A stretch of DNA of 63,996 nucleotides, the filler included, from Circinaria calcarea (Eukaryota): the NCBI GenBank assembly GCA_051942165.1. It is 5 parts of 5 records of this genome, joined end to end, with 100 filler letters (N's around TTAATTAATTAA, not from the genome) between each part and the next. Parts side by side here need not be neighbours in the genome. Positions count along the whole stretch, not along the records: positions 51,589 to 63,996 come from JAVECS010000570.1; 4 more parts are not named here. The stretch is one strand, 5' to 3'. Shown piece by piece: positions 51,589 to 61,585 of the stretch. The position numbers were made by a program, and so were the translations under genes. Within the stretch, counting starts at the first letter, position 1. Every line of letters begins with the position of its first letter. Under the pieces are notes generated by a model. The model was given only the letters and a program-made list of their open reading frames with translations. It was not told where the DNA came from and did no database searches.

Positions 51589-51673
51589 CAGACGTATAAA
51601 CGCGAAGCGCAACAACCCAAGAACTCGGATACTGCCCAAACAGTCACGTTTGCCCTTTGCTCTTTGGTCCTTG

Positions 51674-53890
51674 TCAGATTGCAATGTCTTCTACCCGAAT
51701 AAGTCCGCTGCCCATTCCAGCCGCAGCCCATCCTCCACAATGTAAATTCGGGTTCCACGATACCTGCATAATTCCCATTTCCTCTTCGTAAATGGTGGTA
51801 TGTCCAACACCATCCTTGCCCATCTTATCTTCTCTACGACCCTTGAAGAGATCAAGAGTCTCTACCTTGTACCCCTCGGTGATCCTACTCACTCCTTGCC
51901 CTTTCCGAGTCCACTCATGCTGAAACCATTTCTGTTTATGCTGATAGCTCTTTCGATTCAGCACCCGAGGCAAAGGATTAGTCACCGTGACTGAACCGTC
52001 CGTGGATCCAATAAGAATGCAAGTATGACATTTCCCAACAGATATGCTGAGAACAGCCGAGTCTGTTCTTGCGAAGCTAAGAGCGCAATAGAAAAGCCGA
52101 ATAGGCTGTGCGCGAATGTAGTCATTTTCATCTGGAGCAATGAAGGATCGGAGGGCCGGATGGTATTCTAAGCTAGTGGCGCCATGGCGTGCACGTGATG
52201 AGAGGACAAAGTCGGTAGCTGGAGTCCGCAAGTCCGTAAGACGTATATAACCATCCATAGAAGAGGTTGCTAGAAAATGCGGGTGATCAGGATATGCACA
52301 AGCCATGGTAAGTACGTAACTTTGGTGAAGGGACTGATAGAAATAGGGGTACGTCGTCAGGTATGATGATTGCTTGTCTGCATCTTTATCGGGTAAGGCT
52401 AGATCACTCGAGCGCGGGTCTGCTGATGAAACAATAATATCAGCTATATCCCAGACCGCGACAAAACCATTGGCGCATCCGGCAGCAAGGTCCGTAGCGG
52501 AAAGCCATGCCAGACAGGTACATATAGTATTTGGTGGTCTTGATTCGAATCCTGCACCCTCGTATTTCACATAGCATGTCGATGAACTCTGGGCCTTATC
52601 TAGTTGAATGTCTAGAACCCGAACACGGCCATCCCCCCACACACCTGCCAGCAAACCAACGAAGACTCTCTCTCGCCCGTCCTCATTTCTTGAATTTCGG
52701 AGGGCAGGACACCACTTCAGTTGTTTGACATGACCCCACTCAGTACAAATGACTTGAACAAGCTTTGGTGGCTCAGCCGGATCCATGCAACCCATACCTT
52801 TTGGGTCTATGGACGTAGCAAAAGCCCAAATCTGGACACAGGTCGGATATGAATATGAAGGTGCAAAGGCCGAGGATTTTGCGTCGACAAGATGTAAACT
52901 ATCGGCCATAGCAACTGCCAAGAACTGTATCTTGCCATTGTGATTAGGTGCCCAATCTAAGCAGCGGACTTTCGCGCCCGTGTTCAGTATCCATCCATGT
53001 CTTTTTAGAACTGGTCCTTTGTCCGCCACGCTCTCGTTCTCACCGTTGGAGGGTAAACTGCATCCCTCTGCGATATCCATATATTCCCCAGGCGCTAGGC
53101 TATATTTGTGCTGCTTCCCATATGGACCCATTAGGAAACTGTGAGAAGGCTTACTGTACCTGGGAAAGTATTTGGCAGCTTCGCTTACACCTAAGGGATG
53201 CATGCTTTGCTTTTCTACCATCAGTGCTCGTCCTTCATAATGATAGTACCAGTCCCAGGCAGCAGATGCTTCGGACTGTCTTTGATCTTCACTGTACGAA
53301 AATGGATGGCCCATCCCGCCGCGGCTGTGTCGATCCATTACACGGCTCGGTAACGTAAGATCTTTTGCCCACTTATCCCTTGACTGTACCATGGGCAAGA
53401 CTTCTTTCGGATCTGTTCCAATGAGGTTTTTGAGATGGAATTCTCTATCAGAATACTGGTCTGGTGCAATGATTCCGCGGGAGCGAGTCTCAGGATTCAG
53501 CCTCTTCTGCTCCCTGGAGAGCCCTTCTCTTGGATGACTGCGCGAATACCCTTGGGCTTTTTCATCTTTTACAATTTTAGCAGCATCGGTCTCGCTCGTG
53601 TAGGATAAAGCGTCCTCGTATTCTTCATCTGGTGTCCCTATCCCCGATCCATCAGACTTTCCGTCCGCTGTGACGTCACTTTCTTCCGTAGCATCATCTT
53701 CTCCGACTGCTGCTTCCGCATTAAAGTCTGCGTCCTCTTCTGTATCATCCAGATTTAGTATGGGCCGTGACTCGGCTTCAGGTTCAGAGCCAAGAATATC
53801 TAGCCCCTCAAAAGCGTCAATAGAATATTTCTTGTTTGGCACTCGCCCTCTAGCGGATTTGCGTGAGGGGGTCGGATCAGCCATGGGCAT
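51674..53890 (-). CDS. TFC6: Transcription factor TFIIIC subunit Tfc6/Sfc6 (WD40)
   Basis: 738 aa; KKYSIDAFEGL, GWILNTGAKV.CLDWAPN, Q.KWCP, G.ANGFVAVWD, SMDG...TDLR.P, WNPN..CGGWAAAGMGSGLIRVEDIAI. Confidence 0.87.
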   Translation of the reverse strand: MPMADPTPSRKSARGRVPNKKYSIDAFEGLDILGSEPEAESRPILNLDDTEEDADFNAEAAVGEDDATEESDVTADGKSDGSGIGTPDEEYEDALSYTSETDAAKIVKDEKAQGYSRSHPREGLSREQKRLNPETRSRGIIAPDQYSDREFHLKNLIGTDPKEVLPMVQSRDKWAKDLTLPSRVMDRHSRGGMGHPFSYSEDQRQSEASAAWDWYYHYEGRALMVEKQSMHPLGVSEAAKYFPRYSKPSHSFLMGPYGKQHKYSLAPGEYMDIAEGCSLPSNGENESVADKGPVLKRHGWILNTGAKVRCLDWAPNHNGKIQFLAVAMADSLHLVDAKSSAFAPSYSYPTCVQIWAFATSIDPKGMGCMDPAEPPKLVQVICTEWGHVKQLKWCPALRNSRNEDGRERVFVGLLAGVWGDGRVRVLDIQLDKAQSSSTCYVKYEGAGFESRPPNTICTCLAWLSATDLAAGCANGFVAVWDIADIIVSSADPRSSDLALPDKDADKQSSYLTTYPYFYQSLHQSYVLTMACAYPDHPHFLATSSMDGYIRLTDLRTPATDFVLSSRARHGATSLEYHPALRSFIAPDENDYIRAQPIRLFYCALSFARTDSAVLSISVGKCHTCILIGSTDGSVTVTNPLPRVLNRKSYQHKQKWFQHEWTRKGQGVSRITEGYKVETLDLFKGRREDKMGKDGVGHTTIYEEEMGIMQVSWNPNLHCGGWAAAGMGSGLIRVEDIAI

Positions 53891-54401
53891 TCCTTAAAAT
53901 GGCGAGAGATGTAGTAAAGAGTTTACGAAAGAAAAGGGCAATCTTAAGATACGGTGCATGGTGTGACAGCAACCCAAACGTACGATGCCAGTGAGTAGTA
54001 GAACGATAGTAAATCAGTAACGCTCACTGCTATAAGCTCATTGAGAAACCTTTTGGTATCAGCTTTCGTGCCAATGACATTGTTCACCAGTCTCCAACGA
54101 CTCTCATAAGTGCTTCAATGAAACGTTGAACCTACCTGGAAACCGTTTTTATGTAGTTCGGCAAACAACTGAAGATGTGATGTTCTAGCGGGAGCTATTC
54201 AAGATTGCTCTAGCGTAGAAGCAACGGTTCAATTCACGGACCGAACTCCGACTGATCCAAATCGTGTGAAGTACGAAGACGCCTCTTTTTACATGTATTG
54301 CCTTGAAACCAAGATCCTACAAAATCAAGCATAGCAGCGTTAGACCAGTCAGAATAAGTCATTCAACAGGGTCCTTGCAGGTAGTATCCCATCGCAGTTG
54401 T

Positions 54402-55865
54402 ATGGCTTCTCTACCTCAACCATATTCCTCACAACATCTTCGATCATCCTCACCGCAACGAGCGTCGCCTGAACCTGCACCAGAGGGCATTCGGAACTCA
54501 TTTGATGAACAACCCGAGTTGGCTTCGACTGCGACTGCTGATGAGCATCAAAAGAGCGCATCGAATATAACGCCACCGCTCTCACAGTCTTCAACTGCAG
54601 AAGAGCAGCAGGAACAAGCGCAACTTCAACCTCGAGAACCACCTGATGCTAATGAGCTTCGCAAATGCTGGATATGCTTTGCAGATGAGACTGAGGATAC
54701 CCCCACAACTTCCGCTTGGCGATCTCCATGTCCTTGCGCCTTGACCGCACATGAGGCCTGTTTGCTCGATTGGGTCGCAGATCTAGAGGCACCTAGCTCA
54801 CGAAACTCTTCTGGGGTGTCAAAGAAGATTGAATGTCCGCAGTGCAAGTCCAAAATCAGCATAGCCAGACCGCGAAGTCTCATAGTGGAAGGGGTGAATG
54901 CTGTCGACCGTATGACTGGCAGACTGGTAGTCCCCGGAATAGTCATAACGCTGGCTGGAAGTTTACTTGCAGGATGCTGGATCCATGGGCTTAGCTCGGT
55001 TTTTATTATCTTTGGCACGGAAGACGCAAACCGGCTTTTCGGTATCGATACACTGGAGGGAGTCTCGACGAGATGGGGGATCGGCTTGCCACTAATTCCT
55101 GTTGTGTTGGTCATGTCACGGACCAGCATCGCGGATGGTTTGCTCCCTATCCTCCCGATTTTCTTCTTTGCAACACAGATTCCGGATAGGCACCTTACAA
55201 GAACGGCTCTTTGGCCCCCTAGTGCAGCCATGACCATAGCAACGCTACCTTACGTAAGAGCCGCCTACAACGAACTTTACAAGAGAGTATTCGCGGAGCG
55301 GGAACGGAGGTGGATCAAAGAGATTCAACCACGAGCCGCAGAAACTGGAGAGGAAGGTGTTGCTGGAGGTGCGCAGGGAGGAGGTGCGGATGAGGATGCA
55401 GACGTGGGCTTCGAATTAAACCTAGCGGTAGAAATATTTGAAGAACGTGAGAAGATGGCAGTCCCTCAGCAAGCACAGCAAGGACAACCCCCTGACGGGG
55501 TTCCGGAGCCAGCTCATGCAGCTGCTCCTGAACATCTACCAGCCCAGCGGCCAAACAATCTCATCGTATCGACTAGTCGCGTTGCAGATACTGTTATTGG
55601 AGCGTTGTTATTCCCTACAATTTCAGCAGCTATGGGTGCAATTATCAAGCTGTCTCTTCCAAGGACGTGGACAACGCCTCCGGGTGACCGCTATCGACCA
55701 AACCTTTTGCAGACTCGCTGGGGCCGAAGCATTGTGGGAGGTTGCCTCTTTGTGGTGTTGAAGGACACACTTTCAGTGTATTCGAGATATCGGCTCGCTC
55801 AGGATCACAAGAAACGGAGAGTGCTAGATTACGACCGCAAAAAGGGAAAGGGGAATGGTAAATGA
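54402..55865 (+). CDS. RING-CH (RINGv, MARCH5-like) membrane E3 ubiquitin ligase
   Basis: CWIC..WRSPCPCALTAHEACLLDW..CPQC; downstream TM helices; GALLFPTIS, WGRSIVGGCLFVVLKD. First ATG at 54402. Confidence 0.88.
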   Translation: MASLPQPYSSQHLRSSSPQRASPEPAPEGIRNSFDEQPELASTATADEHQKSASNITPPLSQSSTAEEQQEQAQLQPREPPDANELRKCWICFADETEDTPTTSAWRSPCPCALTAHEACLLDWVADLEAPSSRNSSGVSKKIECPQCKSKISIARPRSLIVEGVNAVDRMTGRLVVPGIVITLAGSLLAGCWIHGLSSVFIIFGTEDANRLFGIDTLEGVSTRWGIGLPLIPVVLVMSRTSIADGLLPILPIFFFATQIPDRHLTRTALWPPSAAMTIATLPYVRAAYNELYKRVFAERERRWIKEIQPRAAETGEEGVAGGAQGGGADEDADVGFELNLAVEIFEEREKMAVPQQAQQGQPPDGVPEPAHAAAPEHLPAQRPNNLIVSTSRVADTVIGALLFPTISAAMGAIIKLSLPRTWTTPPGDRYRPNLLQTRWGRSIVGGCLFVVLKDTLSVYSRYRLAQDHKKRRVLDYDRKKGKGNGK

Positions 55866-57169
55866 CGCTGCGATGTAAAAACTGAAGAGCGATGGCGTTG
55901 TGGTTCGACTGAAGCATTTCATGGTGTTCGGTTTGGAGATACTCCCCTTCTTTTCCTTTGAGTTATATTGACTTTTAAAAATCGAGGAGTGGCGACACCC
56001 CAGGACATGCAAACATCGAGGGACGGACTCTGGCAACTTTGTATATCTCTATTCCAGATCTGAAGTCTAGTAGGTCGTTTCCTGAGAGAGTAGCTACTGT
56101 GAAAGGAAGGAATGTATTCTATGAGGTGGCTGCGTATCCTCTATCACACGAACAACTGGCTCATCTCATCAAAGTCTGACCTTAGCCATGGTTTAACATC
56201 CTGCAATGGAGATAAACTGTCCAAACAACGTTAGCTTTTGAGTCGCTAGTTCCTATCACGACGGCCATCAATCTCCATGAAGATCTACGTATCGGGTGAC
56301 GTATCTCACCGTGTTTGATCCATGTTGGAGGTTGATCGCCATGTACCTGCATCGTCGTGGTTTCGCATTTTGTGGCCACGCGAGATTTGAATATATGCGC
56401 TGTTTGGCGCACCACTCCTGGTCTTCCAACATACCCTGCCTCATACGGAGGATTTTCCTCAGCCTACTCCTGGGCGAGTCTCTCAACACATGGTCTCTTC
56501 TACCCTATTTTCCTTATCTGCCGCTAGAAGGGCACCAAGCACTTCTTCCACCCCATGCCGCTCGATGTGAAACAGCGTGTGGCAGATGCGCAGGAACCAG
56601 CGTTGTGGCCGGTCGTTGTGGCCAGGTATTTCTCCGAAACATGCTGCCTTCGTGGGACTGAGCCTTTCACCGCATCCCACGCCATACCATAGCGTGAATG
56701 TCCTATGAAGTCTAGCATTTCTGCCTCCGAGTCTCCAACGCTAATCCAAATGCTACGTTTCCGCCTTACTCGAGCCCGTTCCTCCCGGGCCTTGCAGTCC
56801 AACCGGGGTGTTGCTGGTGTCAGGAAACATGTTATATACTCCGTGCTCATAAGCGCATCAGTACAACGTACACGCTCTAGCATGCTTACGTACCACGGGG
56901 TGGTATCTCGATTGCCGCAATGCCAATCCCATAACCCTTTTTACTGCATCTGCCCACTGGCTTATCGCTCGTTGCTCCAGCTCACCGCTACATTCGTTGT
57001 CCAGCAACCTGGCTGCATTCATTTCACCTTTTTCTACCGGGCGGGACTCCCAGTGCATCAATGAGATTTGATATCGCTCCTCCAACTGCTGCGCAGGCTC
57101 TCTTTTCCTGTTACCCAAGAACCCACCGTGAAGCTTGAGGTTTCCTTGAAAAACCGGTACTAGTTCGAT

Positions 57170-58060
57170 ATGATTCGTCAAAGGCAATGGACACCACTCA
57201 CTTTTCTTATTCTCGTCCTCGCTCTCTTTTCGACGCCCATTGCATCCAAGGGCCCAGCCGGCTACATGCTCCCGTCGTCGGGTACTGCATCAACAACACA
57301 ATTCCAAATCGGACCAGAGCTCAAAACTGGAACATCTTGTGGCATGTCCGCATGGCCTCATGGCATCAAGGCCGGCAATCCGCCAGACGGGGCAGGACCA
57401 GGTTTCCTCTACGCTGCGATCAACCAGCTAGGGTTCGGCGCCAATCCATCAGGTATGAGCTCTTATACCTACCACTACATACAATGGCGGAATGAAATCA
57501 GGGGCTAACGCGGCCTCACAGTCCCTAACGCCGGCGGCCCCGGTGCTGCCTGCGGAGTTTGCTACAAACTCGCGCCCATAGATGCGGCCGGGAATGTCCT
57601 CTACCATCAAGCCCTTAGCTTCATGGTGGTCGACGAATGTCCTGCCAGCCAAGCCCTTCAGCGTGGCCCAGGCGGCCATTGCGCCCAGTGCAAGGCGGGC
57701 GACAAGAACAGCTATGGCCAGCAATGGCATTTTGACATTGCGGCCGATGCCATGAATCAGGAACAATATCAGCATTTCTATCGGGGATGTACGGACGGGA
57801 GGTAAGTCTTTCCCCCTGCTTTCAGAGCCTGCGGCCCCATCGCTTCCCCTTTTGCGTTCCTTTTTGCACACAAGACACGTCCCCCAGTGGAACCAAATAA
57901 CTAACGCGACCCCCTTCCAAACAGAAACTGGCACGCCGTCTTCTTTAGCATGGGTCCCTGCAACCCTGTCACGACCCCGAACCCGCCCATCAAACCATGG
58001 GGCTGCGTCAACGGCCAATGTCCGAATAACAATAGAGCTGGCGTCTGTCAGGGCATATGA
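57170..58060 (+). CDS. Secreted GH45/expansin-like double-psi beta-barrel protein; 3 exons
   Basis: Signal peptide; ASTT..GTSCG, YAAINQ..FG, GAACGVCYKL, MVVDECP, HFDI; introns at about 57453-57520 and 57802-57924; stop at 58060. Confidence 0.8.
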
Positions 58061-59787
58061 CACTCTTTACTCTCGATGCCGTTAAGGACTACTACCAGTA
58101 CCGTCGCCCGTGGTGTTCAATCGCGGGGAGGGGACACGGTCGTGTCGAGCTATAGCGTGCGGACAGCCTGCACATAGAGGCGCGCGTGCAAAAAGCTAGC
58201 ATATCACCACCGGAACTCGTGTGCCGAAGAGCGAAGGGGCCAGATGAAGCTCCCGACCATGCTGCTATTGAGAAAGGGGTGAGGAAGAGAGGGTGGGGAT
58301 AATGAAGACTTTTTGTAAATACATTGGGTGGCTAGATTTTTCTATTCCCCCCCGCGCGGGCATAGCAAACCGGAGATAGCGGTCCTAGGGGAGCGAGGTG
58401 GTATAATTAAAGCTCGAGCAGCCTTACGAGTATGTATTCTCTAGTGCCTAGGGGCGTTCTAGAGACTGAGACGAGGAAAACAGAGGAGTATAGATCCCCC
58501 CCCCTTTCCTGTTTAACAATGAGACGCAGCGGGAAACCGCCTTCGAGAAACAGGTCTCGCAATAGGAAATAATATAATCCAGGAACATCAATCTTAATAA
58601 ACCGAACCCTATTTTATCTTCCTGAGCGCCTCTCCCCCCCAGTAGAAGCACAGATTCGAAGAGAAGTATGCAAAAGTATATAAAAAAGACAGTTTTGTTC
58701 CCACGTTTTCTCTTCCTCATTCGAAACCATCCGTTGTGAGCCCCCTTCGGCCATGGAAGCCCCCCCCCCCCAGATCTTACGAACCTCGAACGTCAGAACG
58801 ATGAAGGAAAAGGTCTTCTCAAATAGGGACCAACGGGGGCCCCTCAAAAAAGGGGGGATATTTGAAGGGAAGCGTAGGGCTTGGCGTGGCTTTTTTTCGT
58901 AAAGGTTTAGATACATACTGTGGTAGAGGTCCGATGGAGGGTACGAGTTGCTGGCAGGGTTCATTGGACATTCGATGAGATATTGGGAGTTTGATCGGAT
59001 AAGTCAAGGGTTCTTGAAATTCCGCAAAGGTAAACTGTCGAGCGAATTGATATCTGCTAGCTAGCTTTCCCGATTAGGTTCATTGCCTAAAGTTGGTCAA
59101 GCTCGTGATCATGGCAGGCCCTGAACTCTAAACTGTTTGTATGATTTAGAGTTCCGAATCTGACCTCATTCCACCGTCGACCCATAGCTAGAGATCAGAG
59201 CCAAGGGTATAGGACATCAAAGACTGTCCGAAGCTCGATGCTGGATGACTGATGACACTCTTCGAACGGAGAGATGGTTTGCTCAAGAGAGATCCAATCC
59301 GCTCCCTTTGATGTCCTTTCTTCCCATGACACTTCCTGTATCCGTCCGTCCCGTCTCTGCCCCAAAGCTTGCCTCTGTGTCAGCGAATGCACCGCATTGC
59401 CATTCAACCTTGTGAGTAAGATGACCAGTTCTGTGTGCAGCAAACGCTTTTTCGTTCTAACAAAGGTTGAGATGATCCATTATACGGTTTCATTCTTGCA
59501 AAGCCGTAGATATCACTATCGTGAAGATATTGGTGGAGCAAAGCTGGTCTTAAGATGTACTATAGACTCTGAGTCTCCTGTGCTCTGGCCGCAACTGCCG
59601 ATCGGTAAGAGAGAACGTATCGCCCGAAATGCAGTTGGTGGACCCTCAGTGCCGAGAGTGTTTCCGAGAACGGGTTCCATCATCCCTCCGCTCCTAACAT
59701 GTCTACTATCATCCGCCCAAGACCAAATCTGCTAAGCCTCGAAGGGCCCAAAAATGCAATAATCATCATATACTCTGGCATCTTCCC

Positions 59788-61116
59788 CTACTTACCTTTC
59801 TTCTTCAATACAGCTCCTTTCCCGAAGAAATCACTCATCTTCTTCATACCCGTCGTATCCACCTTCTTTAAATCTCTCACTGCTTTGGACTGTCCGGCTT
59901 TCTTGCGCTTCTCCTCCTCATCTTTCTTCCGTTTCTTTTCGGCTCGGGTTTCAGCTGCCTCGTCATCCTCATTCATGCTGCGCTTAAGGCTGAAGTCTGC
60001 TAATGAACGCGAAGAAAACGCTTCAGCGCGCAGTCTTGCAATTTGGGCGAGGTGAGATTCCAAAGGCTTGAAATCTATCGGGCTATTGTCGGAGGCTAGA
60101 AGGTTGGTAATGGTGGTTTCAAGGGATGGATGGAGATATGCGGAGTTTATGTAGGAGAGTGCGGTTTTAAGCCGGAGGAGATCAGTTACTTCTGGTGGTG
60201 TTTCAAGCTGAGATGGTTGGTCAGGAGTAGTAATATTCGTTTTCTCGGAAAAGTCAGAGAATCTGGTTAAGAGACTCGATGTGCTGGTCTGCGAATCTGT
60301 AGTTTCGGATGTTGGAAGATCAGGTTCACGAGCATCTTCGAGTACCGCTCCCGAACAAGAACTATCTTCGCGTTTCACACCTATCACGGGTACCTCTAGG
60401 GCTTTGTAGACAAATTTCTCTTCCATGCTTGCTGGTAGTCCGGATGAAACCATCTTCCTCGCTTTTCTGACCAATTCCTGTACAAGCTTATCTTCATTTA
60501 ATCGATACATCCTCTCATTCCCAGCATCTACCGTATCGCATAAGATCTCCATCCTACTTTCCAGGATCTCACAGGTCCGTTGATGGTTTGAAAGCCGATC
60601 GAAGTGCTTCGACGTAGCCCATAGATTCTCAAAGAGATCTCCCGCAGATCGAAAGAGTGGTTTAGGAGATTCAGATCTCGAATTCGAGGGCATGGGATCC
60701 AAAGCCCGGATTATTAGGAAGAGCGGATCCATGGGGGTAACGGTGAAAAGTTCGGCGACTTTAGATACACATCCCTCTAGCATAGCCGATGATCCATTGT
60801 TTACTTCATGATTCGACGTCGCCCCGTTCTCCGCTTGGGATGCAATATTTTCAGACAAAGCGGTCTCGGTTTTGCACCCGGATTGATAGCTCCCGGGACT
60901 GCTTGCATGATTTGGCGCAATCAGTAAACTTCGATATGTTGACTTGGGAGCTGCAATCCTTGTGAACTCGTACACACCCGTTTCGGGACAGAAGTAATAC
61001 CGGGTTGGGACCGCTGTTCGAGGATGCGCCAATGTCAAGATGCAGGCATTTTCGCTGATAGCTTTTGGTGTTACGATCAGCTTTGGAGCTTCGGTGGATT
61101 GAGCTTCTAAGGGCAT
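59788..61116 (-). CDS. RNH202: Ribonuclease H2 subunit B (Ydr279-like)
   Basis: L.HPRT..RY.FCPETGVYEFTRIAAP...RS.LI, TPMDPLF, CDTVDAG.E.MYRL, LPASMEEKFV.KAL..P, LKKVDTTGMKKMSDFF. Confidence 0.9.
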   Translation of the reverse strand: MPLEAQSTEAPKLIVTPKAISENACILTLAHPRTAVPTRYYFCPETGVYEFTRIAAPKSTYRSLLIAPNHASSPGSYQSGCKTETALSENIASQAENGATSNHEVNNGSSAMLEGCVSKVAELFTVTPMDPLFLIIRALDPMPSNSRSESPKPLFRSAGDLFENLWATSKHFDRLSNHQRTCEILESRMEILCDTVDAGNERMYRLNEDKLVQELVRKARKMVSSGLPASMEEKFVYKALEVPVIGVKREDSSCSGAVLEDAREPDLPTSETTDSQTSTSSLLTRFSDFSEKTNITTPDQPSQLETPPEVTDLLRLKTALSYINSAYLHPSLETTITNLLASDNSPIDFKPLESHLAQIARLRAEAFSSRSLADFSLKRSMNEDDEAAETRAEKKRKKDEEEKRKKAGQSKAVRDLKKVDTTGMKKMSDFFGKGAVLKKKGK

Positions 61117-61355
61117 TTTGGGCCGTTGCTCAATGGCTTCTGGTCTCAGATCGAACCTGTCTCCCTTTATTAATGGCGTTACCTGGCACAAGACAAAACT
61201 AACATTCAAGCCATGGAACTCCCTATTACGGGTTCTGAGAACTGGAAGATTAGTGAAGTGGTTGATTAATAACGTGGGACCTTCAGGATTGTATATGTTG
61301 GGCTAGAGTTTTCCGCTACCCATCAATTAAGCCCTTTGAGATTCAAACACGGGTG

Positions 61356-61374
61356 AACGCGTTGAAGCGCGTTT
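61356..61374. promoter_or_regulatory. MCB-like elements in the RNH202/MCM10 divergent promoter
   Basis: ACGCGT at 61357-61362 and GCGCGTTT at 61367-61374, between two S-phase genes. Confidence 0.55.
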
Positions 61375-61585
61375 CTAGAGACAGCCGATCAGAGTCTTCA
61401 CAGTACATTTCGACGGGCCATATTGTTATTTGTCGAATTGACTAACTGTTGATGAACCTCATAGAATACCTACAGGTATTCTTGTATCTCTATGTATAGG
61501 ACTTCTGATATGTTTTAGATTGAGTATAGCTATCCTCCAAACTGAGTAAACAACGGCCAAGGTTGCATTCGCTATACACATAACT

